This document shows positions 39,500 to 51,137 of a stretch of 64,000 bases of DNA, piece by piece; position 1 is the first letter of the stretch; every line of letters begins with the position of its first letter. Origin of the DNA: Anolis carolinensis. Its lineage: Eukaryota. The translations under genes were made by a program, and so were the position numbers. The DNA lies in NCBI RefSeq assembly GCF_035594765.1, contig NC_085845.1, forward strand, positions 158,240,897-158,304,896, read 5' to 3'. Below the pieces are notes generated by a model. It saw only the letters and a program-made list of their open reading frames with translations. It was not told the DNA's origin and did not search any database.

Positions 39500-39781
39500 T
39501 GGACAGGTGGCACAATGGGTTAAACCCTTGTGCCAGCAGGACTGCTGACTTGCAGGTTGGGTTGCTGACCTGAAGGTTGCCGGTTTGAATGTGGGGAGAG
39601 TGCGGATGAGCTCCCTCTGGCATCTCCAGCTCCCCATGCGGGGACATGAGAGAAGCCTCCCACAAGGATGGTAAAAACATTAAACATCCGGGTGCCCCTT
39701 GGGCAACATCCTTGCAGACAGCCAATTATCTCACCAGAAGCAATTTGCAGCTTCTCAAGTTGCTCCTACCACACACAAAAA
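39500..39781 (+). mobile_element. tRNA-derived SINE with Vingi-like 3' end
   Basis: Head ggtggcacaatgggttaaaccc...ggtttgaat. Tail ttctcaagttgctcctaccacacacaaaaa. The link to Vingi LINEs is from recollection. Confidence 0.75.
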
Positions 39782-39868
39782 CTGGACTGTGTCTTTTTTT
39801 AACTATTTGAAGAAAAAGGAAAGAGGGAGGGAGGGAGAGAGAGGTGTTTGTGGAACAGTAGCTACTTA

Positions 39869-40004
39869 CAGTGGTTCTCAACCTGTGGGTCCCCAGATGT
39901 TCTGGCCTTCAACTCCCAGAAATCCTAGCAGCTGGTAAACTGGTTGGGATTTCTGGGAGTTGTAGGCCAAAAACATCTGGGAACACAAAGGTTGAGAACC
40001 ACAG
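39869..40004. mobile_element. About 135-bp hAT-type palindromic MITE
   Basis: TIR cagtggttctcaacct / aggttgagaaccacag; internal actcccagaaatcc / ggatttctgggagt. Confidence 0.9.
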
Positions 40005-40285
40005 AGCTACTAGCTAAGTGTGTAAATGAAACAGAAAGGTCTCAGTGCCTGTCAATCCACGAAACCATGTGAAAGTTCTGGCAGAGCCTAAGATATAACT
40101 TGAGAGATAACGCTATTTATTCCTTAAAACATAGAGACCATAAAATATTAATTTCTCATTTTGAGAAAGTGTATTAAATCTAACAGTATACTCACATCTG
40201 TAAAAGACCTGGCATATCCCTAGAACAAGACACTTCACTATAGTTATACACACTAGAAAAGTGTTAAATTGGAAAAGAGTCATAC

Positions 40286-40315
40286 CTGAGCCCAACTGCC
40301 TTCCTCATTCTCTTT
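40286..40315 (-). CDS. PPFIA2: PPFIA2 30-bp coding exon: KENEEGSWAQ
   Basis: ttccag / gtatg boundaries; homologous to the mammalian KESEEGSWAQ in the SAM1-SAM2 insert. Confidence 0.92.
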
Positions 40316-40859
40316 CTGGAATATCAAGCACAAAAGAAATACAGTATGAATAAAACAACATTACTCAAAATTCAGGATCAAACTAGATAGAAAAAAGAAG
40401 TATCTGTTATACTCTTGTTTGTCTTTGAACAATGATATTTCCTCAAAGTCACATTATGAAAAAATCAGACTTGCAAATTAAGACAACAATTATCTTTTAA
40501 TGACCATGTACAAAAAAGCATACCAAATGAGTCTTCGTGTGGAGAGAAAAAGCAGGGTATAAATAAACATAAACATCATAATAATAATGTGTGATACTGT
40601 ACATAGATGAAAACAATCAGATGCAATAGTTGAGGAAGAATCTCTTCTAAAATCTATAGTGTATTCTGAGCCTCAGTTTCATTAAGAAAGGTAACTGAAT
40701 CCACCTGCAATTGTGTAATTGTTAAATAAGGAATGCTATTAATAAAACTGGGCAGATTAAAAAAATCATACTCTACAAATTTTCCTTGTTAGTCAGTGTA
40801 ACTCTAACCCATGAAACGTGGGGACATGCTGAGCTCTTGCAAAAATGTCCCAAATGCCA

Positions 40860-41062
40860 TTGCTGTTGTCTGCCTTCAAGTCACTTCTGACTTATAGACA
40901 CCTTACTGCAATCTTATAACAGGGCTTTGGGATGCAATTTTTGTTCAAAGAGGACTTGCCATTACCTTTCTCGGAGGTTGAGAGAGTGTGATTTGTCTGA
41001 GGGGATTGTGAACCTTGGTTTTCTAGAGTTTTAGTCTAACACTCAAATCACTTCTACAATGG
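40860..41062 (-). mobile_element. tRNA-derived SINE, degenerate
   Basis: tgttgtctgccttcaagtc ... agtctaacactcaaatcact; same family as 10253-10478. Confidence 0.65.
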
Positions 41063-41202
41063 TTCAGCTCCCAGAAATCCTAGCCAGCTTACCAGCTATT
41101 CGTTTCTCAAGTCCCTCCTGGCGCGAAAAAACCCCCGGCTATTAGGAATTATGGGAGCTGAAGTGTAAAACATCTGGAGAACCAAAGATTGGGAACCACT
41201 TC
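41057..41202. mobile_element. Partial 135-bp-family MITE interrupted by a short retroposed 3' end
   Basis: ctcccagaaatcctagccag...gggagctgaag...gggaaccact, with an insert at 41101-41134. Confidence 0.65.
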
Positions 41203-41224
41203 ACTACCCCATAATGACACTGAA

Positions 41225-41964
41225 TCTTTACATATATAAAAGTCAGAGTATGTATATATTCCATAAAGATCTGGACCAAACTTGGCACACATACCCTTCA
41301 TTATCCAACTTAAAAGAATGGAGGAGTTGTAACTGAAAAGAAAATCTCCACAAAAGAGGGAAAGAAAAGGAATAAAGTGAATTGGTTGCAACTAGGTGAA
41401 GTGACCCTTTGTTATGTGACTGGGAAATAAAGGGAGTGGATTGGCTGTTGCAAGGTGGTGTATATAGGTTAAGGGAGGGAGGAAGGAGAGAAAGAAAAAG
41501 AAAAGGAAAAGAATGAAGGAATGGAATAAAAAAAGAAAATAAAATAGGAAGAGAAATGAAGGAAGAAGGAAGAGGAAAGGGAAGAAAGGAAAAGAAAGGA
41601 AAGAAAAGGGTGTGAGCGGAAGGAAGGAAAGAATGAAAAAGAGAATGGAAAGGGGGAAAGTAGAGACAAAGGAAGGGAGGGAAGAAAGAGAAAAGGAAGA
41701 ATGGATGGAAGGAAGGAAGGAAAAAAAGAGGTGGTGTATGAGGGAAAGCAAGGGAAAAACAAAGGAAGAAAAAAGAGAGGAAGAAATTGTTTGAGTGGAA
41801 AGGAGAAAGGAAAAAAAGAACCATAAGGAGAGTCTGCTACCAAGAGTTGCCAGAATGTTGCCATGATGACATTGTGAGGTAGACCTTCTCAAAGCTGGAG
41901 AAGGGAGAAAGCTGGCAGGTAGTTGCCCCTCTGACACCTGGGCAACACCAGGTATATATGCTAG
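41225..41964 (+). mobile_element. Helitron non-autonomous element with GA-rich low-complexity core
   Basis: 5' A|TC start (tctttacatatataaaag), 3' hairpin acctgg-gcaaca-ccaggt at 41936-41953, CTAG|T end, no TSD. Confidence 0.8.
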
Positions 41965-41989
41965 TCATTTTATGCATGCTTTGTATATT

Positions 41990-42221
41990 ATTTAATTAAT
42001 TAATTAATTAATTAATTAATTACAGTATTTATATTCTGTCCTTCTCACCCCGAAGGGGACTCAGGGCGGATTACATTGCACACATAGAAGGCAAACATTC
42101 AATGCCATAACAAAGAACAGAGAAAGAGACAGACACAGGCACGGGCTGGCCTCGAACTCATGACCTCTTGGTCAGTGATTTGTTGCAGCTGGCTGCTAAC
42201 CAGCCTGTGCCACAGCCCGGC
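41990..42221 (-). mobile_element. tRNA-derived SINE with L2-type tail and (TTAA)n end
   Basis: Minus strand: gccgggctgtggcacaggctgg (A box) ... gagttcgaggcc (B box) ... gtaatccgccctgagtcccc ... (aatt)n. Confidence 0.8.
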
Positions 42222-42776
42222 CTAATATATGATTAGTATATTATGCTAATCATACATAGAGCATTCTATATAGTAACCATTTGAAGTCTAGAAAATGTTT
42301 GAACAAGATACACAAGAATAAATAAAAATACGTTGGAGAAGTAGATTGCTGACAAAATTGATTAATTCCTTATACATGTTTACTTAGAAGCACGTCCCTC
42401 TGTTGGTGATGAGAATTTTTACTAGTTAAATGTGTGTAAGATTAAATGCTTTAAAAACATTTTGTATTCTTTTCTTTTTTTTTAAAAAAAAAACTTGGAT
42501 CACTTAGCTCATGTTATTTTATTGGCACAGTCTATGCAGTATGCTAGACTAGGAATAATGCTCTGTAGTGCTACATATTACTTTCCTCTGGCATCATGGA
42601 CATGGACATTGATAACTGTGTGCACTGACATTATCATGTCCTTGTGTTTCCAATACAATAAGCCTGCCTTATGGCAAAGAGCTCAGAGAGGGATGTAATA
42701 CAACTCCCCCTCTGTCTGATCTTAGAGGTCTGATGGCTAAATGTCTTTATGAAAACATGGGTCTCAGAGGAAGCCT

Positions 42777-43030
42777 TCATAGAATCATAGAGTTGGAAGA
42801 GACCTCATGGGCCATCCAGCCCAACTCCCTGACAAGAAGCAGAAAATCGCATTCAAAGCACTCCCGACAGATGGCCATCCAGCCTCTGCTTAAAAGCCTA
42901 CAAAGAAGGAGCCTCCACCACACTCCGGGGAGAGAGTTCCATGGCCAAACAGCTCTCACAGTGAGGAAGTTCTTCCTTATGTTTAGGTGAAATCTCCTTT
43001 CCAGTAGTTTAAAGCCATTGTTCCATTGCA
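42777..43030 (-). mobile_element. CR1 LINE 3' end
   Basis: Minus strand reads NGFKLLERRFHLNIRKNFLTVRAV.PWNSLP; (ATTCTATG)-type terminal repeat. Confidence 0.9.
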
Positions 43031-43042
43031 ATGCTTTTAAAG

Positions 43043-43176
43043 CAGTGGTTCTCAACCTGTGGGTCCCCACATATTTTGGCCTTCAACTCCCACAAATCCT
43101 AACAGCTGGCAAACTGGCTGGGATTTCTGGGAGTTGTAGGCCAAACACCTGGGGGTCCACAGGTTGAGAACCACTG
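43043..43176. mobile_element. About 135-bp hAT-type MITE
   Basis: TIR cagtggttctcaacctgtgg; imperfect 8-bp TSD ttttaaag/ttctagag. Confidence 0.9.
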
Positions 43177-43394
43177 TTCTAGAGTGTCTCCTTGGTGATG
43201 CTTGGTTTTGGGGCCCTGCCCTGCTCCCAAAAGGGACAGATTTTGTAGTTCCAAACCTTCCATTCTTTTAATTCAGATTATGAAGGGTCTGTGTGCCATG
43301 TTTGGTCCAGATCCATCAAGCCATGTAGGAGCCCTGGTGGTACAAACCAATCAATGAACATAAATGCATACTCTGATAGATCAAAATAGATATA

Positions 43395-43812
43395 CATGCA
43401 GCCCTCAAGTTATGAACATAGTAAGTTCTGTAGGTTTGTTCTTAAGTTGAATTTGTATGCAAGTTGGAGGAGGTACTTTTTTAAGTGTAACTCCAGCATA
43501 TATATAGATATAGATATATAGACACACACACACAAACTTTGGATAGCATAGGGAATAGTTAACACCCCTGTGGTGTTTGTTTTGCTATCTGTGTCCCTGT
43601 TCAGAAGATTTTACCTCACTTTCTGTCCCTGTGATAATTGGATTTTGAAATAAATGTCTTGTGGAAACAAGGATTGGCGTTAAAGCTTTTCCCCATGGTA
43701 ACTCTTTCAGGAGTGCATTTCCTAGGTGTAAATTTCTCTCCCTGCTGCATCACCTCGATTTTTAATTATGAATCATTTGTAAGTAGGATGTTTGTATCTC
43801 GTGAACTGCCTG
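43395..43812. mobile_element. Tigger/Mariner-like MITE, degenerate
   Basis: ta|catgcagccctcaagttatgaac ... gtatctcgtgaactgcctg|ta; imperfect TIRs with TA flanks. Confidence 0.7.
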
Positions 43813-43919
43813 TATATGTGTGTGTATGTGTATATTTTTGCTACATTGTTATTTCATCTTCAGGCACAATTCTGCATTTTTATACTGAATTAAATGTGGA
43901 AGTTTCTATTAAAACTTAC

Positions 43920-43982
43920 CGTTTTAGTTGGAGCTGCAAGCGTTTCCATTTCTTCATGGGTCACCCAAACGTTGCCTGAGGG
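43920..43982 (-). CDS. PPFIA2: PPFIA2 63-bp coding exon: PSGNVWVTHEEMETLAAPTKT (CASK-binding VWV loop)
   Basis: caatag / gtaagt boundaries; GNVWVTHE motif of the liprin-alpha2 SAM1-SAM2 insert. Confidence 0.95.
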
Positions 43983-45078
43983 CTATTGCCAATGCCCGCA
44001 GGAAGGCAGGTAGAATCCGCATTAGGTAAGCAGTGTTAAAGAAGAAAGGCAGCAACACTGTAAGTTAACAGCATACACCATCACAATGAGCACTACCATG
44101 TCCTTGCCTCAGTTGCACTGCAGCTTGAAACAACTACAGACAACTCTTTGCATCTTCTTCCTCTTTAAAAATGTAAAAATTGGATTCTTAAGAAATAACT
44201 TAAGTAATTTCTATGTACATCTATTAGAACCACTATCTTCAGTCTTCTCACCAGACACCCGATTGTGGAACGTCTCCAAGGAATATGATTGGTGCCAACA
44301 TAGTTTAGTTTTTATTCCCAGGTTCTCCCAGGTAAATCACTGTATATCCTGGATGATATTATCTCTATAATAAATAGTTACCAAGTTGTGTTCCTTAGAG
44401 TGAAAGCATTCACACTTTGCTTCTCAAGTAGGGTTGTGCAATTCATTTGGCCAAACTGGGACAATGCAAATAGAGGCACTTCAGGTTCATCTTTACCAGC
44501 TCCAAACTGGGTTGGATTGACTTTTAAAAGATTTTGAGTGGAATGGTATAGCCCAAACCAATTTGTACTGAATCAAAACTCCAAGTCTCAAAAATAAGCT
44601 GGAAAAAACAGCAAAATCGTATATGTCCAGCAAAATCATATAAGGAAAATACGAAGTGGTGTGATGAGGAGGATGATATCTGAGCTTTGCTTATTGTATG
44701 TGAAATTTGTGACAACAGCTTGCAGTCATAGTGTTATGGGAAGGGTCTTAAATGTTTTACAGTCAATCATCTTTTGCATCTTTTTTTTTCATTAGCTGGA
44801 TTTAGCTCTCAGTAGGCAATCAAACGGCTCTTTTAGTTTTCTTGAACACCTCACATTAATCCTGTTTGCCTTATTGATTTGACTAGTAATCTCTGCACAT
44901 TGAATGAATCTGGATGTCAACCCTCTGATGGCTTGTGTTATCATTAAGTATCTGATTAGGTTGTCTCCATGTATTTTTAAGTGGTGTAAAAAGAAAAAAA
45001 ATGCTGATATAGGTCTGAATTCTGGAGGCAGTAACGTTGTGCCTGCTTCAGGGAATAAGCACTAATAAGTCTTCTTAC

Positions 45079-45096
45079 CCTGCTTCTATTTCTATT
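45079..45096 (-). CDS. PPFIA2: Candidate 18-nt PPFIA2 microexon (NRNRSR)
   Basis: T-rich tract ending ...aatttttcccag|AATAGAAATAGAAGCAGG|gtaaga in a phase-0 intron; frame-preserving with no stop. No transcript evidence. Confidence 0.45.
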
Positions 45097-45554
45097 CTGG
45101 GAAAAATTAAAAAAAAACCTCATGAAACGGCAAGTGCTATTATATTAAAGTCAGCAGATCTAGTCTGTGGAAGTAATTAAGAATGACAACCTTAAGAAAC
45201 AGAGGAAAAATTAGGTCATCAAATGGGTACTTCATTCTAAGGTAGAAGAAATAAGTCATTACCTATTTAAGAAAGGGCTGGTTTGGGATGTGTTATTTTT
45301 AGATCTGTCAAAAATAGATCTCAAAAATAGATATGTGGGCTAAGCCCGACATTGTGTGACTGGATGTCTACTTTCACAATACAACTGGGTGTCTCCCTTT
45401 ATAACCCCTACTTCCCGCCCACCCAGATGTATTGTGTTTTATATCTGTGAGGGCACACTTCATTAGAAATGCAGCTAATGCAAAATGTAGAAGCCAGACT
45501 AGTATTAGCTGTGCATTTTAGAGACCACATAGCACTGTTGTAACAAGAACTGCA

Positions 45555-45770
45555 CTGACTTCCAATCTCAATTCAGGGGACTAGTGTTGACTTACAAAGC
45601 CTTAAATAATTTGGGACCAACAAATCTGAAAGATTGCTTTCTAGCATATGAGCCTAGCAGAAATGTTCTGATCTTCAGACGAGGCCCCATTACATGTTCC
45701 AAGATCTTGTGAATCTATGTTGGTGGGTACACATAATAGAGCTTTTTCTGTAGCAGTGCCTTCACTGTTA
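45555..45770 (+). mobile_element. Old L2 fragment
   Basis: Decayed LTYKALNNLGP...RAFSVAVPSL. Confidence 0.6.
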
Positions 45771-46785
45771 TTCATGAATGGGGTAGAGGAGTCACATTTA
45801 TGTCATGCTCCTGATGGAGCTCTACTGAATATTAGGTGCCAGACAAGGCCTTCCTTTGGCTACCTCTTCTGCTTCACTAACTGGCTAATATGTATATACA
45901 CTTCCTACCTTTCCTCATGGGCCACACAGCATATCCGGAATATCATGTCATTGCGTATAATTCTTTTACCCACCTGTGACCGCGCAGTCTCTCTCTTCAA
46001 ATGTGGATGCTCCAGCAAAGAGTTCACATTCTTTCACTTTCATGGATTCTAGCAACATACCTAGGCATATTCTAATTACATACACCTCTTTTGGTGTCAT
46101 TCTGGCATTCATAGATACCAACAGTAAACAGCTGAGGTACATCTATACAAGCTGTGATTTTTCCTCTGCCCAATGATGCTGTCCAGTTTAGTGAGAGAAC
46201 AAAGGCCACTGCTTCTGCTCAGCTCCATAACAAGAAAGTCTGTGGCCATATTAAAAAAAAAACACCTTGTGCCCACATACTTCTCCTCCTGTTTGCCTCA
46301 CTAAGAGACTGCTGCCAACTGATTGAATGAGAGAAACTGAGCAATGGGCCCACACTACTGGGATTGCTCACTTAAAGAAGAAATTGGTCACCTTATGCTG
46401 ACATTGTCTGCCTGAAGAAAGAGTGGTCCTTGTGACCTCTTGCTGATGCTGCCTGCCAAACTCCTAGGGCTGGAATATTTTACCGTATTTATATTTCTAA
46501 TTTATCCAATATCAGCAGTCCACAAAGCAGGCTACAAATTGGGTGGGTATAGGACCAGCCTTGTGTGTCTAACAACACTTATCAAATATTATGAAAACCT
46601 TCATGTTCTCAAGTAATAAATAAATAAATCCATTGGATACCCAGGGCTGTAGAGCAATAGTACACAACAACTACTGCCTTCTTCACTGCTCTAGTTGTGG
46701 CTTTCCAGAAGCATCTGATTGGCCATTGAGAGAAACAAAATGATCAACTGAAAGAATCTTCTACCTGATCCATAAAGATTCTTCA

Positions 46786-47016
<231 letters not shown>

Positions 47017-47675
47017 TTAAGAGAGAAGGAGAAGTAAATGACATAATCACTGCAAAAGTTGCTCTTTTGGACTAAGGACCTCATCGTATTTGGAAATTTA
47101 CCCGTCCTATAACACTTCACCTATGCAGCCAGATTGGAGCCTGCCAGATCTCATCACATGATGAGCTACTTCTAGTAGAGCTCTGTGCCAGCTGCATTGG
47201 TGAAGTGTTCTAAGAGGGAGACTACCTGTGTTCAGATTGGAAATGTTTGGGATAGCATGAGAGCATGCCAAAAAGGTAAACTTTCCAGCATGTGATGGGT
47301 AAGCGGGTAATGTGGGGTGCTGGGCGACAGTTATGCCCTGCCTCCTCACGATTTGCACCGCTGTCCTATGAATCCCCCTGGGGTCCCCGGCATCAAAGAC
47401 CTTCATGTGATTAAGTCCTAATTTTCAGATGCCCCCTGCCAGCATGGTGAAGGTCTTTGATGCCGATCCCACCGGAGCAGATCTATTCTGGAATTTATGT
47501 ATTAATTTACCAAATTCCCATTGAATAAATGGGTCTGATGTAATTGACTAGCATTTGGATTTTGTTCATTTTTCTCAAAAGCAATTTTTTCAAGTTCTGT
47601 ACCAGCCTCAGTATCTGGCATTCAATGTAATTCCCCAATTCTTAATATTCAGAATAGACCTTTCCCCCCCTGTCA

Positions 47676-48303
47676 TAGTGACATCACAATCAGACCCAGC
47701 CCAATGCAGGAAGCTGACCATGCCCCCGCATTGGGTGCCATGTTCCCAGGAGCGCTCTCGAGCCCCTGGGAGGTGGGGCCAGACCTGGCCCCGCCTCCCA
47801 CGCCCTGGCCCCGGCTCCTTCACAGCGGCCAAGGCACGGAGCATGGGAGGTGGAGCCAGGGCACACAGGGTGGGAGGCGGGGCCAGGTCTGGCCCCACCT
47901 CCCATACCGTGCACGCTCACCCGGCCGGCCTGGCCCAGCCAGGCTGCGGCGGGAGTCTTTCCAGGCTGCAGCGAAGGCCCAGCCAGCCTGGATGGGCCTT
48001 CGCCGTGGCCTGGAAAGACTTTCCCACCACACCCTGGCCCCACCTCCCGTGCAGCACGAGAGGCGGGGTTAGGGCGTGCAGCGTGGGAGGCAGGGCCAGG
48101 GCGCGCAGCGCGGCAAAGGCCCAGCCACAGCCTGGAAGGGCTCCCGCCGCAGCCTGGCTGGGCCAGGCCGGCTGGACCAGGGTGCGCGGCGCGGGAGGTG
48201 GGGTTAGGTTTGGCCACACCCCCCGTCGCACGACCACGCCTCCCACGGCACCAGGGGGTGGTGGTGCAAAAAATGAAACTATAGTGTCGTTATGATGTCC
48301 CTG
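47676..48303. repeat. GC/CpG-rich block with internal direct and inverted repeats, probably a non-autonomous DNA transposon
   Basis: Sharp GC rise; recurring ggccccRcctccc and gggaggYgggg units; a 48-bp inverted repeat; imperfect ends tagtgacatcacaat / gttatgatgtccctg. Confidence 0.55.
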
Positions 48304-49122
48304 TCACTCAGATAAAGAAGAGTTATTTGTAGGATAGTAGGATATGAACTATGGGCTATCAGGAGTTGGGTTAAATTATTCTCACTACCTATCATGGCTC
48401 TGTAATTCTAACAATGTATGCACAAAGATGGACAGCTATCTCTTTTAGTGGCATAGTTACTTTACACATTCTGTTAAAAACTACAGGCAACTGGTTGCTT
48501 ATCAAAGTCATTATCCACGCATACAAAATTGGCAAGCATTGCTGGTCTGGCCTGGGCAAACATATGCACATTCACCTCTGAACTGGTCCACTGGCTGAAT
48601 GACACTTTAAGCAAGATGATTCCTGGTAAAAAATAAGAACCACTAGCACAATAAGTTTGGTATGCTTTCAAAATTTACAAATTAGACTTAACTTGCTACA
48701 AGCATTTAGAAAGGTTTTGCCATGTTTTTATCACTCTAGTTCTAGAACGAGCGGGGAGTAGAGAACTTGTTAATTTGAGCTACAGTACATACATACATCA
48801 TAAACAATTATGATTGCTGGAATTGATTTCAGCCTGTTGGTTGTTGAAAATAATCTCATCTCTCTATAAGGTTAGTTTTTAGATGTTTTATCCAGTGATA
48901 CGTTTATACTATGCATTTATGTCTGTATGGGGTATTTAAGTTTTTATCTTTGGCTAATTTTGTCTGTTATTAAGCTTAAAGTTAGGCCACTTATATTGCT
49001 TGATGTGATCTGTTTTGATGTCATTTGTGTGTATGTTTTTCCTTGTTGGCATTGAATGTTTGCCATATATACTGGAAACCGCCCCAACTCCCTTCAGAGA
49101 GATAAGACGGTCTACAAATAAA

Positions 49123-49123
49123 G

Positions 49124-49163
<40 letters not shown>
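49123..49163 (+). repeat. (GTT)n microsatellite at the tail of an L2-type 3' end
   Basis: aaccgcccc...acaaataaa followed by gttgttgtt... Confidence 0.9.
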
Positions 49164-49164
<1 letters not shown>

Positions 49165-49507
49165 ATTGGAAGTTTTTGGGAACACAGGCAAACTTTCTTT
49201 TTCTACCTAGACAGAAAATGTTATATTGCTGTTAAACTTATTTACAACCAGTTTTAATCATTAATTTTAAACTTGTGTGTTATGTCCACTACATTATAAT
49301 CATTATTTTGTGTATTTTAATATATGTATTTTGTGGAAATATATTTTAATATGTGTATTTGATATAATGATTATGTGTTTTAGCTATAATGTAAGCCACC
49401 TTGAACTACGAGAGGCAGAGAAAAAATAAAATTATTATTATTGTTATTGCAGTATTATTATTAAACCAAATATCCCCACACATTCAGAAGGTCTTCCTAA
49501 GACTTAC

Positions 49508-49589
49508 CTCTAACCAAGCAACCACTGTAGGCCCATCCCATTGTGCAAAAGGCAACCCCTTTCTCCGAGCCTCCTCCAGAAGTTCATGC
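49508..49589 (-). CDS. PPFIA2: PPFIA2 coding exon, 82 bp: (K)[27 protein letters not shown]
   Basis: ttttag / gtaagt boundaries; start of SAM1. Confidence 0.97.
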
Positions 49590-50152
49590 CTAAAAGTGTG
49601 TCACAAATTATTAAAACATGCAGTGGTGCCTAGAAACGTTCAAGTACAATTACATTGTAGAATACTGCATCAATGATACTGAACATCAACCTTTTTCAAT
49701 CATCCATCAACGTTGTTAACCATTCAGGATTTAGAAAGAGTATTACTTGATATGTTGAGAATATTTTTCTTCTTTGGTCAAACATTTTTTTATCCTGAAA
49801 TCCAACAATAAACTAACACACCGTTTATTACAACTTTTTTTCAGACAAGATGAAGAAGACTACATTTTGAAATAAATAGATATAAAAATGTGAGAAAGAT
49901 AGGACAATGGTTTTTCTCTGAACTCTCCACTGTGGGCATGAAAGTGGGGGGGGGGGGGGAGTTGATGAGGTATGGACTCCATATCCCTTCTGCTGGACAG
50001 AATTAATTTTCACAGCTTGTCCAACAAATGTCAGTTTTGAAGTTCACTCTTTCAATAAAAAGAAAAGAAGCTCTGGTTGTTTCACATTATTCCATATCAT
50101 TGTGGGGTAAATGGATAGAGAAGTGGCAAAAGTATTTTCATACACCATAAAG

Positions 50153-51137
50153 CAGGGGTCCTCAAACTTTAAAAGTAGAGGGCCAGTTCATGGTCCCTGA
50201 GACTGTTGAGGGGCCGAATTATCACTTGAAAAAAAGAAAGAACAAATTCCTATGCACACTGCACATGTCTTATTTGTAGTGCAAACCCCCCCCCTCCCGA
50301 CAACATTTATTTGTTTATTTACTACATTTATACTCTGCCCTCTCTCGCCTCGAAGGGACTCAAGAGCGGCTTACAAGTTGTATGTACATACAATATATTA
50401 TATTAATGGAATAGCATTATATATTACTATATTGTACTATACCACTGTATTATTATTCGTAATATTGCAATTAAATATAACGTATAATTAATATTATTAT
50501 GTTGCATTATTATTAGTATTATATTGTATGACATTATAATATTAGTATCAATATTATATATACAGTAGAGTCTCACTTATCCAACATAAACGGGCCGGCA
50601 GAACGTTGGATAAGTGAATATGTTGGATAATAAGGAGAGATTAAGGAGAAGCCTATTAAACATCAAATTAGGTTATGATTTTACAAATTAAGCACCAAAA
50701 CATCATGTTATACAACAAATTTGATAGAAAAAGCAGTTCAATACGCAATAATGCTATGTAGTAATTACTGTATTTACGAATTTAGCACCAAAATATCACG
50801 ATATATTGAAAACATTGACTACAAAAATGGCTTGGATTATCCAGAGGCTTGGATAAGCGAGGCTTGGATAAGTGAGACTCTACTGTAATATATATTATAT
50901 TATTAGCATAGCACCATATTAGCATTAGATATTACTATATTTTACTATACCACTATACCGTAATATTATCAGTAATATTACATTTAATATATAATGTATA
51001 ATTAATATTATTATGTTGCATTATTATTAGTATTATATTGTATGGCATTATAATATTAGTATCAATATTATATGTACATATAATATATATTATATTATTA
51101 GCATAGCACAATATTAGTATTAGTTTGGGGACCCCTG
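50153..51137. mobile_element. hAT non-autonomous element (inverted relative of 10616-11441) with a nested MITE
   Basis: TIRs caggggtcctcaaact / agtttggggacccctg; perfect 8-bp TSD ccataaag (50145-50152 and 51138-51145). Confidence 0.92.
50563..50885. mobile_element. Tc1/Mariner-type MITE, 323 bp
   Basis: TIR cagtagagtctcacttatccaa, TA TSD; inverted near-copy of 14184-14506. Confidence 0.93.

Noticed and set aside
39500-39590. tRNA genes (also 10400-10478 and 42140-42221)
   Set aside because: Only A/B-box-like SINE heads; no complete cloverleaf.
41243-41937. F/L/S/P-rich and K/R/E-rich ORFs (also 36151-37008)
   Set aside because: Translations of GA-rich low-complexity sequence and N gaps.
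47555-48295. Overlapping 100-246 aa ORFs on both strands
   Set aside because: Explained by stop-codon scarcity in GC-rich repetitive DNA; low-complexity G/A/P/R translation with no recognisable domain.
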